This document shows, piece by piece, positions 56,503 to 64,000 of a stretch of DNA of 64,000 bases (the stretch's first letter is position 1; each line of letters opens with the position of its first letter). The notes beneath the pieces were generated by a model. The model was given only the letters and a program-made list of their open reading frames with translations, made no database searches and was not told where the DNA came from. The translations under genes were made by a program, and so were the position numbers. Source of the DNA: Minisyncoccota bacterium (GTDB lineage: Bacteria; Patescibacteriota; Minisyncoccia; Phycocordibacterales; JBAYGS01); the NCBI GenBank assembly GCA_041666545.1, contig JBAYGS010000004.1, forward strand, positions 8,610 through 72,609, read 5' to 3'.

Positions 56503-57912
56503 ATGCATCAGAGAGTCGTATTTTTAACTCTATTTGAAGGGATCGAGGGGAAAAATCTGCTGCGGTCTCCCTTTGTTAGTCATTTGCTGTCCGGCCAGGA
56601 TATTAAAATTGTCTGTTTTGTTAAAAATGACGAGAGGAAGATTGGCTATGAAAAGCTCTTCAAACATCCGAGGCTGTTTTTTGAGGCCGTCGATTTTCCT
56701 AAAACAGTTTGGCCGGAAAAAATTTTTGCGACTCTGAAGTTTTATCAGATTTGGACTGAAACTACGGATTTGCGAGCTAAGATGGTCAAAGAGCGCGACG
56801 GTCAATTTTTTGCCTATTATTTTAAGCTTTTGCTTCATCGAGTATTGGCACGGCGACTCATGAGAGTCGTCATCCGTTTCCTCGATAGCCGGCTAATAAA
56901 AGATCGGACTTTTAAAAAGTATTTTAAAAAATACCAGCCGAGTTTGATTATTTGCGCCCAGTTGTTTGAAGAGATTGAGGTCCATTTGGTCAAGCGGGCC
57001 AAAGCTGAAGGCGTGAAGACTGTTTGCTTCATTAATACTTGGGACAAAGTCACAGCCAGAAACGCTTTCCGTGTTCTAGTCGATAAGTTTATAACTTACA
57101 ATGAGATCGTTAAGACTGAGCTCATCGAAAATGATGATGTGAAGGCTCAAGACGTTTACGTATCCGGAATCCCTCAATACGATTATTTCTTTGATGACTC
57201 GGCTCTTGAAATAATCAAAGAGACTTTCAAGATTGAGGTGCCAAAGCTCCGGACTCGAGAGGAGTTTTTGAATAGTATCGGTCTTACCAAAGATGAGAGG
57301 TTTATTTTCTACGCTCCGGTTGGCAGTGTCTATAGTAATGACGATTGGGCGATTATTGATCTTTTGACGGAATCAATAAAGCAAGGACAGTTTGGCTCCG
57401 GTCTCGAGCTCTTTGTCCGGTTTCCACCAAATGATTTTGTAAACAAAGCTGAGTCTGACAAGAGAAAAGATCTTCATTTTTATGCTCCGGGAATCCGTTT
57501 CTCTTCGAAGCGGGGGAGCGACTGGGATATGAGTTTTGCAGATATCATGTCGCTCAAGGAAACTCTCAAATACTCAGAGTTGGTAATTTGCTATGCCTCC
57601 AGTATCTCAATTGATGCCAGTATCTTTGAAAAACCCATCATTAATATAAATTTCATAACTCGGGCCTCGAGTTTGATGATTAAAACACCTACAGCGTTTT
57701 ATCCCATGACCCATTATCAAAAGGCGCTCAAGACAGGGGCGATTGATTTGGCAAGCTCAAAGGAGGAAATGATTGAGCTCATAAAGGGTTATATTAAGAG
57801 TCCAGATGAAAATCGGGGTAATCGTGATAATCTGGTGGCTCGGCAGTGCCAATTTAAGGATGGCTTGGCTGGCAAGCGAATGGCCGATTTTGTGAAGTCC
57901 TGCTTGACATAA
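56503..57912 (+). CDS. TagB/TagF-family glycerophosphotransferase-like protein, paralog 4
   Basis: 469 aa. RFIFYAPVGSVY. CYASSISIDASIFEKPIININFI. Confidence 0.5.
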   Translation: MHQRVVFLTLFEGIEGKNLLRSPFVSHLLSGQDIKIVCFVKNDERKIGYEKLFKHPRLFFEAVDFPKTVWPEKIFATLKFYQIWTETTDLRAKMVKERDGQFFAYYFKLLLHRVLARRLMRVVIRFLDSRLIKDRTFKKYFKKYQPSLIICAQLFEEIEVHLVKRAKAEGVKTVCFINTWDKVTARNAFRVLVDKFITYNEIVKTELIENDDVKAQDVYVSGIPQYDYFFDDSALEIIKETFKIEVPKLRTREEFLNSIGLTKDERFIFYAPVGSVYSNDDWAIIDLLTESIKQGQFGSGLELFVRFPPNDFVNKAESDKRKDLHFYAPGIRFSSKRGSDWDMSFADIMSLKETLKYSELVICYASSISIDASIFEKPIININFITRASSLMIKTPTAFYPMTHYQKALKTGAIDLASSKEEMIELIKGYIKSPDENRGNRDNLVARQCQFKDGLAGKRMADFVKSCLT

Positions 57913-57938
57913 TAGCCTTTTTGCATTCTAATATTTAG

Positions 57939-59048
57939 ATGCCCTCAAAAACCGGTAAATCGTCGTCAAAAATTGTACCGAAGCCTGGCCGAAGCGGCGC
58001 TTTTGTCATTGCTGAAATTGGCAAAAATTTTATAATTTCTGAACAGGATGAGTCTCCAGAGACTTATCTTAAGCGGGCCAAAGATTTGATCCGAGAGTCT
58101 TATGAGGCCGGTGCCGATGCGGTTAAATTTCAGACCCACCATTTTGAAGATGAGCAGATACCGGAGAAGATTTTTTCGCCACATTTCAACGGTGCGGATC
58201 GTTACAATTGGGTCCTGAGGAATAGTCGGCTTACTCCGATAGAATTTTGGCGGGAAATCAAAAACTATGCCGATCATCTGGGAATTCAGTTTTTTATCAC
58301 TCCGATGTCGCGTGGGGCAGTGCGGAAGGTTGCAGACCTCAGTCTGCCTTTTTGGAAGATCGGATCCGGCGATGTGACTGATTTTTTGATGATCGACGAA
58401 TTGGCCAAGTTTAATAAGCCGATTATTATTTCGACCGGTATGGTCAGTTTGAAAGAGTTGGATAAGGTGGTAAGTTATATCAGGGCTAAGGGAGTTAGGC
58501 CTGTAATCATGTACTGTGTCAGCAAATATCCGGCGCCAAAAGAAGCTTTCAATCTTGGCACGATTGAATTTTTGAAGGAAAAATACCCAGACTTGCAGAT
58601 TGGCTTTTCGGATCATTCGGTTGATAATCATGACATCGCTCTTTCTGCGGTCGCACTAGGTGCTAGTTTAATTGAAAAGCATGTCTCGTATTCCAGAGAC
58701 CATTGGGGACCGGACCACAAGGCCTCTTTAACCTTTGCTGAGTTACGCGAACTGGTTGAAGAGATCCGTAGCGGAACGAAGAAGCTCGAGGTCGGAGATT
58801 TTTACGGTTCCAAAGGCAAAGAGTTGGCTGGCGCGACCAGCGAATTCCGTCCATTTTTTCGAAAAGCTTTTGTCGCGGCGCGTGATATCAAAAAAGGTGA
58901 AGTGATTACTTTGGATAATATTTTGGCCATGAGACCGGCGCTTTTGCTGGGAGGAATTCCGTCAGAAGATTTGACCAAAGTTGTCGGCAAGAAAGCTAAC
59001 TGCGGAATTAAAAAACTTAATCCGATTAAAGCTGAAAATTTAAATTAA
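57939..59048 (+). CDS. neuB: N-acetylneuraminate (nonulosonic acid) synthase, NeuB/PseI/LegI family
   Basis: FVIAEIGKNF, AVKFQTH, IISTGM, MYCVSKYPAP, GFSDHS. C-terminal SAF domain (ARDIKKGEVITLDNILAMRP). Confidence 0.85.
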   Translation: MPSKTGKSSSKIVPKPGRSGAFVIAEIGKNFIISEQDESPETYLKRAKDLIRESYEAGADAVKFQTHHFEDEQIPEKIFSPHFNGADRYNWVLRNSRLTPIEFWREIKNYADHLGIQFFITPMSRGAVRKVADLSLPFWKIGSGDVTDFLMIDELAKFNKPIIISTGMVSLKELDKVVSYIRAKGVRPVIMYCVSKYPAPKEAFNLGTIEFLKEKYPDLQIGFSDHSVDNHDIALSAVALGASLIEKHVSYSRDHWGPDHKASLTFAELRELVEEIRSGTKKLEVGDFYGSKGKELAGATSEFRPFFRKAFVAARDIKKGEVITLDNILAMRPALLLGGIPSEDLTKVVGKKANCGIKKLNPIKAENLN

Positions 59049-59053
59049 AAACA

Positions 59054-60226
59054 ATGAAGAAGACCATAACTCCTAAAAGAAAAGTTTGTTTCGTCATTAC
59101 GAGCTTTATTCATTATTCCAGAAGCATCCTGATTTTGGAGGAGCTCCGAACTCGTAAAGATGTGGAACTTTACATAATTGTCGGTGGCACTGCCATCTTG
59201 AGCAAATATTCTGCGAGCTCGGCTTATGTTCGGAAAATCTTGGAACAGGACGGCTATAAAAACATTTATGAGCTTCACTTTAATTTGGAGGGCGATGATG
59301 CGATTGTTAAAACAAAAACAATCGGTCTTGGGGTAATCGAATTTGCCAGCATTTACAACCATATCAAACCGGACATGGTTGTAATTAGGGGTGATCGGTT
59401 CGAGATTTTCGCCGCCGCAATCGCGGCAGCCAATATGAATATTCCAATCGCTCACATCGAAGGTGGAGATGTGTCGGGCACGATTGATGAGAGCTTGAGG
59501 CACGCGATTACCAAGCTGTCTCATATCCATTTCACCACCAACGATGAGGCCAAGGAGCGCGTTATCAGGATGGGCGAGAATAAGGATTACGTTTTCAACT
59601 TCGGCAGTCCGGAGGTTGAAGTGGTGAGTAAAATGCCCCTCAAGGCTGACCGAGTTAATTTGGAGGAGACCGGTAGCGGAGCCAAGCTTGATCCGAGCAA
59701 AGAATTTCTGATGGTGATGTATCATCCGGTCACGACCGAACTTGATAAAATCGGAGAGAATGTCAGGACTCTTCTAAATGCCGTTCATAAAACCAAGATG
59801 CCGACGATTTGGTTTTGGCCCAATTTTGACGCCGGTGCGGAACAGATCTCTCATGAACTCAGAGTCTTCAAAGAGCATGTTAAAGATCATCGAATCAGAT
59901 TTATGCGTTACCTGCCACCTAAAGACTTTATCTGGCTACTGAGACGAACCAGTTGTCTGGTTGGCAATTCTTCCGCCGGCATCAAAGAAACATCTTTTTT
60001 GGGTGTGCCGGTAATTGATGTTGGCACCAGGCAGAATGGACGCTTGAGTTCAAGTAATGTCGTGAAGGTTGGTTATAATGAAGCGAAGATTGTTGAGGCT
60101 ATAAAAAACCAGGTAAAAAATGGCCGTTACCCAGTTTCCGATATCTACAAGGGTGAAGATACCGCTAAAAAAATTGCGGAAAAAATTGCTACAGCTAAGC
60201 TATATGTTCAAAAGAAATTTGAGTAG
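59054..60226 (+). CDS. neuC: UDP-N-acetylglucosamine 2-epimerase (hydrolysing), NeuC family
   Basis: KVCFVITSFIHYSR...HIEGGDVSGTIDESLRHAITKLSHIHFTT. Confidence 0.85.
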   Translation: MKKTITPKRKVCFVITSFIHYSRSILILEELRTRKDVELYIIVGGTAILSKYSASSAYVRKILEQDGYKNIYELHFNLEGDDAIVKTKTIGLGVIEFASIYNHIKPDMVVIRGDRFEIFAAAIAAANMNIPIAHIEGGDVSGTIDESLRHAITKLSHIHFTTNDEAKERVIRMGENKDYVFNFGSPEVEVVSKMPLKADRVNLEETGSGAKLDPSKEFLMVMYHPVTTELDKIGENVRTLLNAVHKTKMPTIWFWPNFDAGAEQISHELRVFKEHVKDHRIRFMRYLPPKDFIWLLRRTSCLVGNSSAGIKETSFLGVPVIDVGTRQNGRLSSSNVVKVGYNEAKIVEAIKNQVKNGRYPVSDIYKGEDTAKKIAEKIATAKLYVQKKFE

Positions 60227-60232
60227 ATTAAA

Positions 60233-60964
60233 ATGAATCAAGACAGGAAAAAATACAATATTCTCGGTGTTATTCCGGCTAGGGGCCAGTCTAAAGGTTT
60301 GCCTGGGAAAAATATTAAAAAATTGGCCGGTAAGCCGATGATTGCTTATACTATCGAGGCGGCTAAGAAAAGCCAGTTGATCAGTCATCTGATTGTTTCT
60401 ACTGATGATAAAAAAATTGCCGCCATCTCTAAAAAATATGGAGTCGAGGTGCCATTTTTACGTCCGGCCGAATTGGCCAAAGATGACACGCCACAGTTGC
60501 CGGTTATGCAGCACGCTATCAACTTTATGGAGCAGCGCGAAGGACTTAAGTTTGATTACATTGTCATTTTGCAACCAACCTCACCTTTGAAAACTGTCGA
60601 GATAATTGATGGCACTCTCGATGAGCTGATTAAGTCAGGCGCCGACAGCGCAGTTTCAATTGCCGAAGTCCGATCTAATCATCCGATTAAAATTAAAAAA
60701 TTTGAAAATGGCAAAGTGATTCCTTTTTGTCTGCCGGAGCCGGAAGGTTTGAGGCGCCAAGATTTCCCCAAAGCCTACAAACGAAGCAGTGATGCTTACG
60801 CGATGAAGCGTGACACGATTATGGTTAAGAACCGCTTGTACGGCGATAATATTGCCGGTTTTGTGGTTGATTCGGAATTTGTCGTTGATATCGATTCCCA
60901 GGAAGATTTTCTGGTGGCGGAGTATAAGCTCAAAAAGTTTCAAGGAGAGCGCCTCAGGACTTAA
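60233..60964 (+). CDS. neuA: Acylneuraminate cytidylyltransferase (CMP-nonulosonic acid synthetase), NeuA family
   Basis: ILGVIPARGQSKGLPGKNIKKLAGKPMIAYTIEAA...LQPTSPL. Confidence 0.85.
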   Translation: MNQDRKKYNILGVIPARGQSKGLPGKNIKKLAGKPMIAYTIEAAKKSQLISHLIVSTDDKKIAAISKKYGVEVPFLRPAELAKDDTPQLPVMQHAINFMEQREGLKFDYIVILQPTSPLKTVEIIDGTLDELIKSGADSAVSIAEVRSNHPIKIKKFENGKVIPFCLPEPEGLRRQDFPKAYKRSSDAYAMKRDTIMVKNRLYGDNIAGFVVDSEFVVDIDSQEDFLVAEYKLKKFQGERLRT

Positions 60965-60992
60965 TCTAAAATTTCTGCTAAAATCGATTTCT

Positions 60993-61718
60993 ATGAAAGA
61001 TAACCTTGTTGTCGGAGGGGGCGAAGTCGGGTCGGCTATCAATAGCATCTTAAAAGGATCGGAAATTTTTGATATCGATCCGACTAAGAATTCGGTCAGC
61101 CAAAAGAGATACCTAAATTTGCACATCTGCTTTCCTTACAATAGGGATTTTGTGAAAAGCGTACAGAAGTATCAAAAACAGTTTAAACCGAGTCTGACAA
61201 TTATCCACTCAACAGTTCCACTGGGGACGTCGGATAAACTTAAAGCCGTCCACTCTCCAGTGAGGGGTATCCATCCCCATTTGGCTAAGAGTTTGAAAAT
61301 TTTTCCCAAGTTTTTCGGCGGACCCAAAGCGAGATTGGCCGCAGAAATTTTCGATCGCGTCGGAGTAAAAATTCTCTGCACCCCGAAGGCCGAGACGACT
61401 GAAGCGATGAAGCTTTGGGATACCACGATCTACGGTCTCAACATCATTTTGGAAAAAGAAATCCATAAATTTTGCGAAGACAATTCGGTTGATTTTGATG
61501 TTGTCTATACTAAGGCCAATCAAAGCTATAACGCCGGCTATCGAATCTTGGGTCGGCCGGAGTATCAAAAGTATGTTTTGTCGCATGTGCCGGGGGGAGT
61601 GGGCGGTCACTGTGTCATCGCCAATGCTGAGTTGCTAAAATCTACCTCTGCCAAGCGATTGGTCAAAGAAAATGCCGAGTTTGTCAAAGCTAAATCACGT
61701 AGATCTAAGTCCAAGTAG
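60993..61718 (+). CDS. Short NAD(P)-binding Rossmann-fold protein, possibly nucleotide-sugar dehydrogenase-like; hypothetical
   Basis: ~241 aa from ATG 60993. N-terminal VVGGGEVGSAI. PGGVGGHCVIAN resembles the GGxC catalytic-Cys motif of UDP-glucose/GDP-mannose dehydrogenases. The track ORF start at 60810 overlaps neuA and is rejected. Confidence 0.4.
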   Translation: MKDNLVVGGGEVGSAINSILKGSEIFDIDPTKNSVSQKRYLNLHICFPYNRDFVKSVQKYQKQFKPSLTIIHSTVPLGTSDKLKAVHSPVRGIHPHLAKSLKIFPKFFGGPKARLAAEIFDRVGVKILCTPKAETTEAMKLWDTTIYGLNIILEKEIHKFCEDNSVDFDVVYTKANQSYNAGYRILGRPEYQKYVLSHVPGGVGGHCVIANAELLKSTSAKRLVKENAEFVKAKSRRSKSK

Positions 61719-61757
61719 GCTTACCTGCAGCCGGTTGGTTTAGAGTTAAAATTTATT

Positions 61758-62723
61758 ATGTCTCTTTCGACAGACGAAAATCATATCATCGTCAATTATC
61801 ATTATGTGGAGGATCCGCGAGATGATCTTTCCGGTGTTCATCCCTGCACGCCAAAAGAATTTGAGAGGCAAGTAAAATTCTTGTCCGAAAATTACAAAAT
61901 AGTCTCGGTAGGGGAGGTGCTGGAAGCTACGCGTTTGGATGTCAGTCGTGGTGCCAAGCCGACGGTTGCCGGTAATCCGAGTCGGTTCTGTGCCATAACT
62001 TTTGATGACGGTCTGCAAAACCAATTTCAATATGCGGCACCGATTTTGGAAAAGTACGGGGCGACAGCGACTTTTTTTGTTATCACCAGTACCTTTTCCG
62101 GGACGGTTCCTTCAGCCCATAAAATTCACGTGGTGCTTTCGGCTGCTTCAACCGAGAAACTGATTGATATGTTCAACGAGTTTTTGATCAGGACCTATCC
62201 TGATCTAGAGGCACAGCATTTTATTCCTAAAGATCGACGCATCACAATGCGGCGTAAATATGACAGCTTGCTTGATGCCAACTTCAAAGAGACTTTGATT
62301 GTTGTTCCGTCGGAAGTTCGTGACGCTTTTTTAATTGAGGCTTTTGACAAATTTGGGCTTGATGAGTCGACCGTTAATCAGATGCTTTTTATGAAAGAGG
62401 CGGAAATCAGCGATCTGGCCAGTCGGGGTTTTTTTATTGAAAATCATACCCATGAGCACGGTTCTCTGGAGCAGGTTTCAGTCGAAGCCCTAACGGCCGA
62501 TCTCGAAACTGCCAACTCGATCTTACATAAATTGTTGGGTCGACGGCCGACGGTGATTTCTTATCCGCATGGCCGTTTTGACGAACGGATTCGCGATGTG
62601 ATTGTTAAGGCCGGTTTAAAATACGGTGTGACAATCGAGCCACGTTCAGTTTCATCAAAAGACGATTCTTTTTTGATACCCCGTTACGATACTAACGATT
62701 TAAAGAAATATATAAACCAATGA
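61758..62723 (+). CDS. Polysaccharide deacetylase family protein (NodB homology domain)
   Basis: ITFDDGLQNQFQYAAPILEKYGATATFFV. ENHTHEHG. YPHGRFD. Confidence 0.8.
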   Translation: MSLSTDENHIIVNYHYVEDPRDDLSGVHPCTPKEFERQVKFLSENYKIVSVGEVLEATRLDVSRGAKPTVAGNPSRFCAITFDDGLQNQFQYAAPILEKYGATATFFVITSTFSGTVPSAHKIHVVLSAASTEKLIDMFNEFLIRTYPDLEAQHFIPKDRRITMRRKYDSLLDANFKETLIVVPSEVRDAFLIEAFDKFGLDESTVNQMLFMKEAEISDLASRGFFIENHTHEHGSLEQVSVEALTADLETANSILHKLLGRRPTVISYPHGRFDERIRDVIVKAGLKYGVTIEPRSVSSKDDSFLIPRYDTNDLKKYINQ

Positions 62724-63049
62724 ATATCGGCGTTGATTTGGTCGCAATCAAAAAATTCCATAAAATCAAGGCTCACGACTATAAACACTGGTCAAGAGTT
62801 TTTTCGATGTTAGAGTGGGAGTATGCTTTCAAGGATGGCTTATCTGCTTCGCACTTGGCCGGCATCTTCGCCGCCAAGGAAGCGGCGATGAAAGCTACCG
62901 GTTTGGTAGGAGTGGAGAATTATCGTAAGTTTGAGGTTCGCCATGATAAACTGGGGGCTCCGAAACTTAATTTAAAAGGTTCTAAACTGAGCCTTTCTCA
63001 TGATCAGGGGTTGGCGATTGCGTTTGTTCTAGCCTCGACTAAAAAATAG
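62720..63049 (+). CDS. 4'-phosphopantetheinyl transferase (holo-ACP synthase, AcpS-like)
   Basis: 109 aa. IGVDLVAIKKF...LAGIFAAKEAAMKATG...SLSHDQGLAIAFV. Confidence 0.55.
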   Translation: MNIGVDLVAIKKFHKIKAHDYKHWSRVFSMLEWEYAFKDGLSASHLAGIFAAKEAAMKATGLVGVENYRKFEVRHDKLGAPKLNLKGSKLSLSHDQGLAIAFVLASTKK

Positions 63050-63053
63050 GCTT

Positions 63054-64000
63054 ATGTCTTTTCGTGATTTACAAATGAAGATCGGAGAATTAATTTCCAG
63101 TCGGACTGCTACGGTGGCTGACTATTTAAAGATTTCAAAGGAGATAGTGCCCGCCGGTGAATTTCCGTTTTATTTTCGCCAGATCAAAGCCGCTTTTTTG
63201 AGCAGTTACACGATTCAAGGATTACCGGAGGTGTTTCAGGTTCGAGGTGTTTTTCATAATTTAAAGATCAGCACTTACACTGCTCCTTACGCGCAGATTA
63301 GTCAGGAAATTTTAAATCAAGCAAGCGAACTTTATAAGTTTAATCCGGACATTGTTTACATTTTGGCGGAGCAGAAAGATTTTCTCGGTGATGGCCATTT
63401 GGCTCAGCTGGTCGAAACCTTAAAGGAGAAGACTGAGGCAGAAGTAATTCTGGTTTTGGCGGGCGGGGAAAACCGGGGCAGGGAGAGGCTGCACATTTTT
63501 GACTTCGAATCTTTTTTGGACAAAATTGGTCGTGCGGGAAATTGGTATACCAAATTCAAAGACTTGGGTGATCTGCGGTTGGCGCCACAAGCGTTTCCGG
63601 TTCTTGCTGAGTCCCTCTTGGCTTACGCGGTGGCATCGGCCGGCAACAACAAGAAATGCCTGGTAGTTGATTTAGACAATACCCTCTGGACCGGCGTGGC
63701 TGGTGAGGATGGGCCGCGAAAAGTCGTGCCAAACCAAAAGCTCCAGGAACATCTGCTCGGACTCTATAAGCGGGGTGTAGTCCTGGCGATTAACAGCAAA
63801 AATAATCCGGAAGATGCTTTTGAGGTAATTGATAATCATCCAGAGATGATTTTGCGTCGGGATCATTTTGCCGCTTGGCGGATTAACTGGAATAATAAAG
63901 ATTCAAATTTAATTGAGCTTAGCGAGGAGATGTCTCTGGGAACCGCTAGTTTTGCTTTTATTGATGATGATCCACTTAATCTCGGACTAGTGAGATCGAA
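63054..64000 (+). CDS. FkbH-like HAD-superfamily (IIIC) phosphatase domain protein; 3' end beyond window
   Basis: CLVVDLDNTLWTGVAGEDG and VLAINSKNNPEDA are HAD-IIIC/FkbH signatures. Open at the window end. Confidence 0.55.
   Translation, partial: MSFRDLQMKIGELISSRTATVADYLKISKEIVPAGEFPFYFRQIKAAFLSSYTIQGLPEVFQVRGVFHNLKISTYTAPYAQISQEILNQASELYKFNPDIVYILAEQKDFLGDGHLAQLVETLKEKTEAEVILVLAGGENRGRERLHIFDFESFLDKIGRAGNWYTKFKDLGDLRLAPQAFPVLAESLLAYAVASAGNNKKCLVVDLDNTLWTGVAGEDGPRKVVPNQKLQEHLLGLYKRGVVLAINSKNNPEDAFEVIDNHPEMILRRDHFAAWRINWNNKDSNLIELSEEMSLGTASFAFIDDDPLNLGLVRS

Noticed and set aside
57966-59725. Minus-strand ORFs of 221 aa and 226 aa antisense to neuB and neuC
   Set aside because: Embedded in confidently assigned NeuB/NeuC coding sequences. 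Low-complexity products.
60810-60992. Upstream extension of ORF 60810-61718 overlapping the neuA 3' end
   Set aside because: Would overlap neuA by ~150 nt in another frame. An internal ATG at 60993 just after the neuA stop gives a compact Rossmann-fold start (MKDNLVVGGGEVG).

Overview
Low-GC (~42%) bacterial window with the hallmarks of a small-genome Candidate Phyla Radiation/Patescibacteria-type organism. On the + strand: 3' end of a GT4 glycosyltransferase (- strand), a WbaP-like initiating sugar phosphotransferase, and secD/secF. A 16S rRNA gene (~4670-8278) is interrupted by ~2.1 kb of insertions: two MITE-like hairpin-ended expansion elements, one ORF-less ~610 bp insertion, and a ~1.3 kb intron encoding a LAGLIDADG homing endonuclease. 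There is no 23S downstream; a membrane protein gene, a tRNA-Ile(GAT) with odd flanking partial copies, and pyk follow. After pyk sits a sharply GC-rich (~60%+) island (11.56-14.5 kb, extending at lower GC to 16.1 kb) of Shine-Dalgarno-bearing hypothetical genes. It is punctuated by a novel ~35-bp repeat family occurring in inverted and partial copies with a 'ggttattg'-rich spacer, and with cassette-like gene-terminator-repeat architecture. Then murD, a pgeF/yfiH-like gene (- strand), murC, an ArsR-family regulator flanked by 30-nt direct repeats, and rsmI. A second small island of SD-bearing hypotheticals ends in a complete inverted copy of the 35-bp repeat. Next come a DUF4015-like putative glycoside hydrolase, a soluble TraD/VirD4-family ATPase with a long disordered tail, and a lamin-tail/PKD surface protein. 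The final ~36 kb (28.0-64.0 kb) is a dense surface-glycan super-cluster. It contains at least 9 GT4 glycosyltransferases, 4 TagF-like glycerophosphotransferase paralogs, 5 SAM methyltransferases, a GT-C plus GtrB-like extracytoplasmic glycosylation pair, an AsnB-like amidotransferase and a Wzx-like flippase. It also carries a complete NeuC-NeuB-NeuA nonulosonic (sialic) acid pathway followed by a deacetylase, an AcpS-like PPTase and an FkbH-like HAD-IIIC protein. An identical 38-bp (CACTACT)n heptamer-repeat segment is inserted in-frame in both murD and one GT4 gene. Native genes largely lack SD sequences and the 16S 3' tail appears to lack CCUCC.
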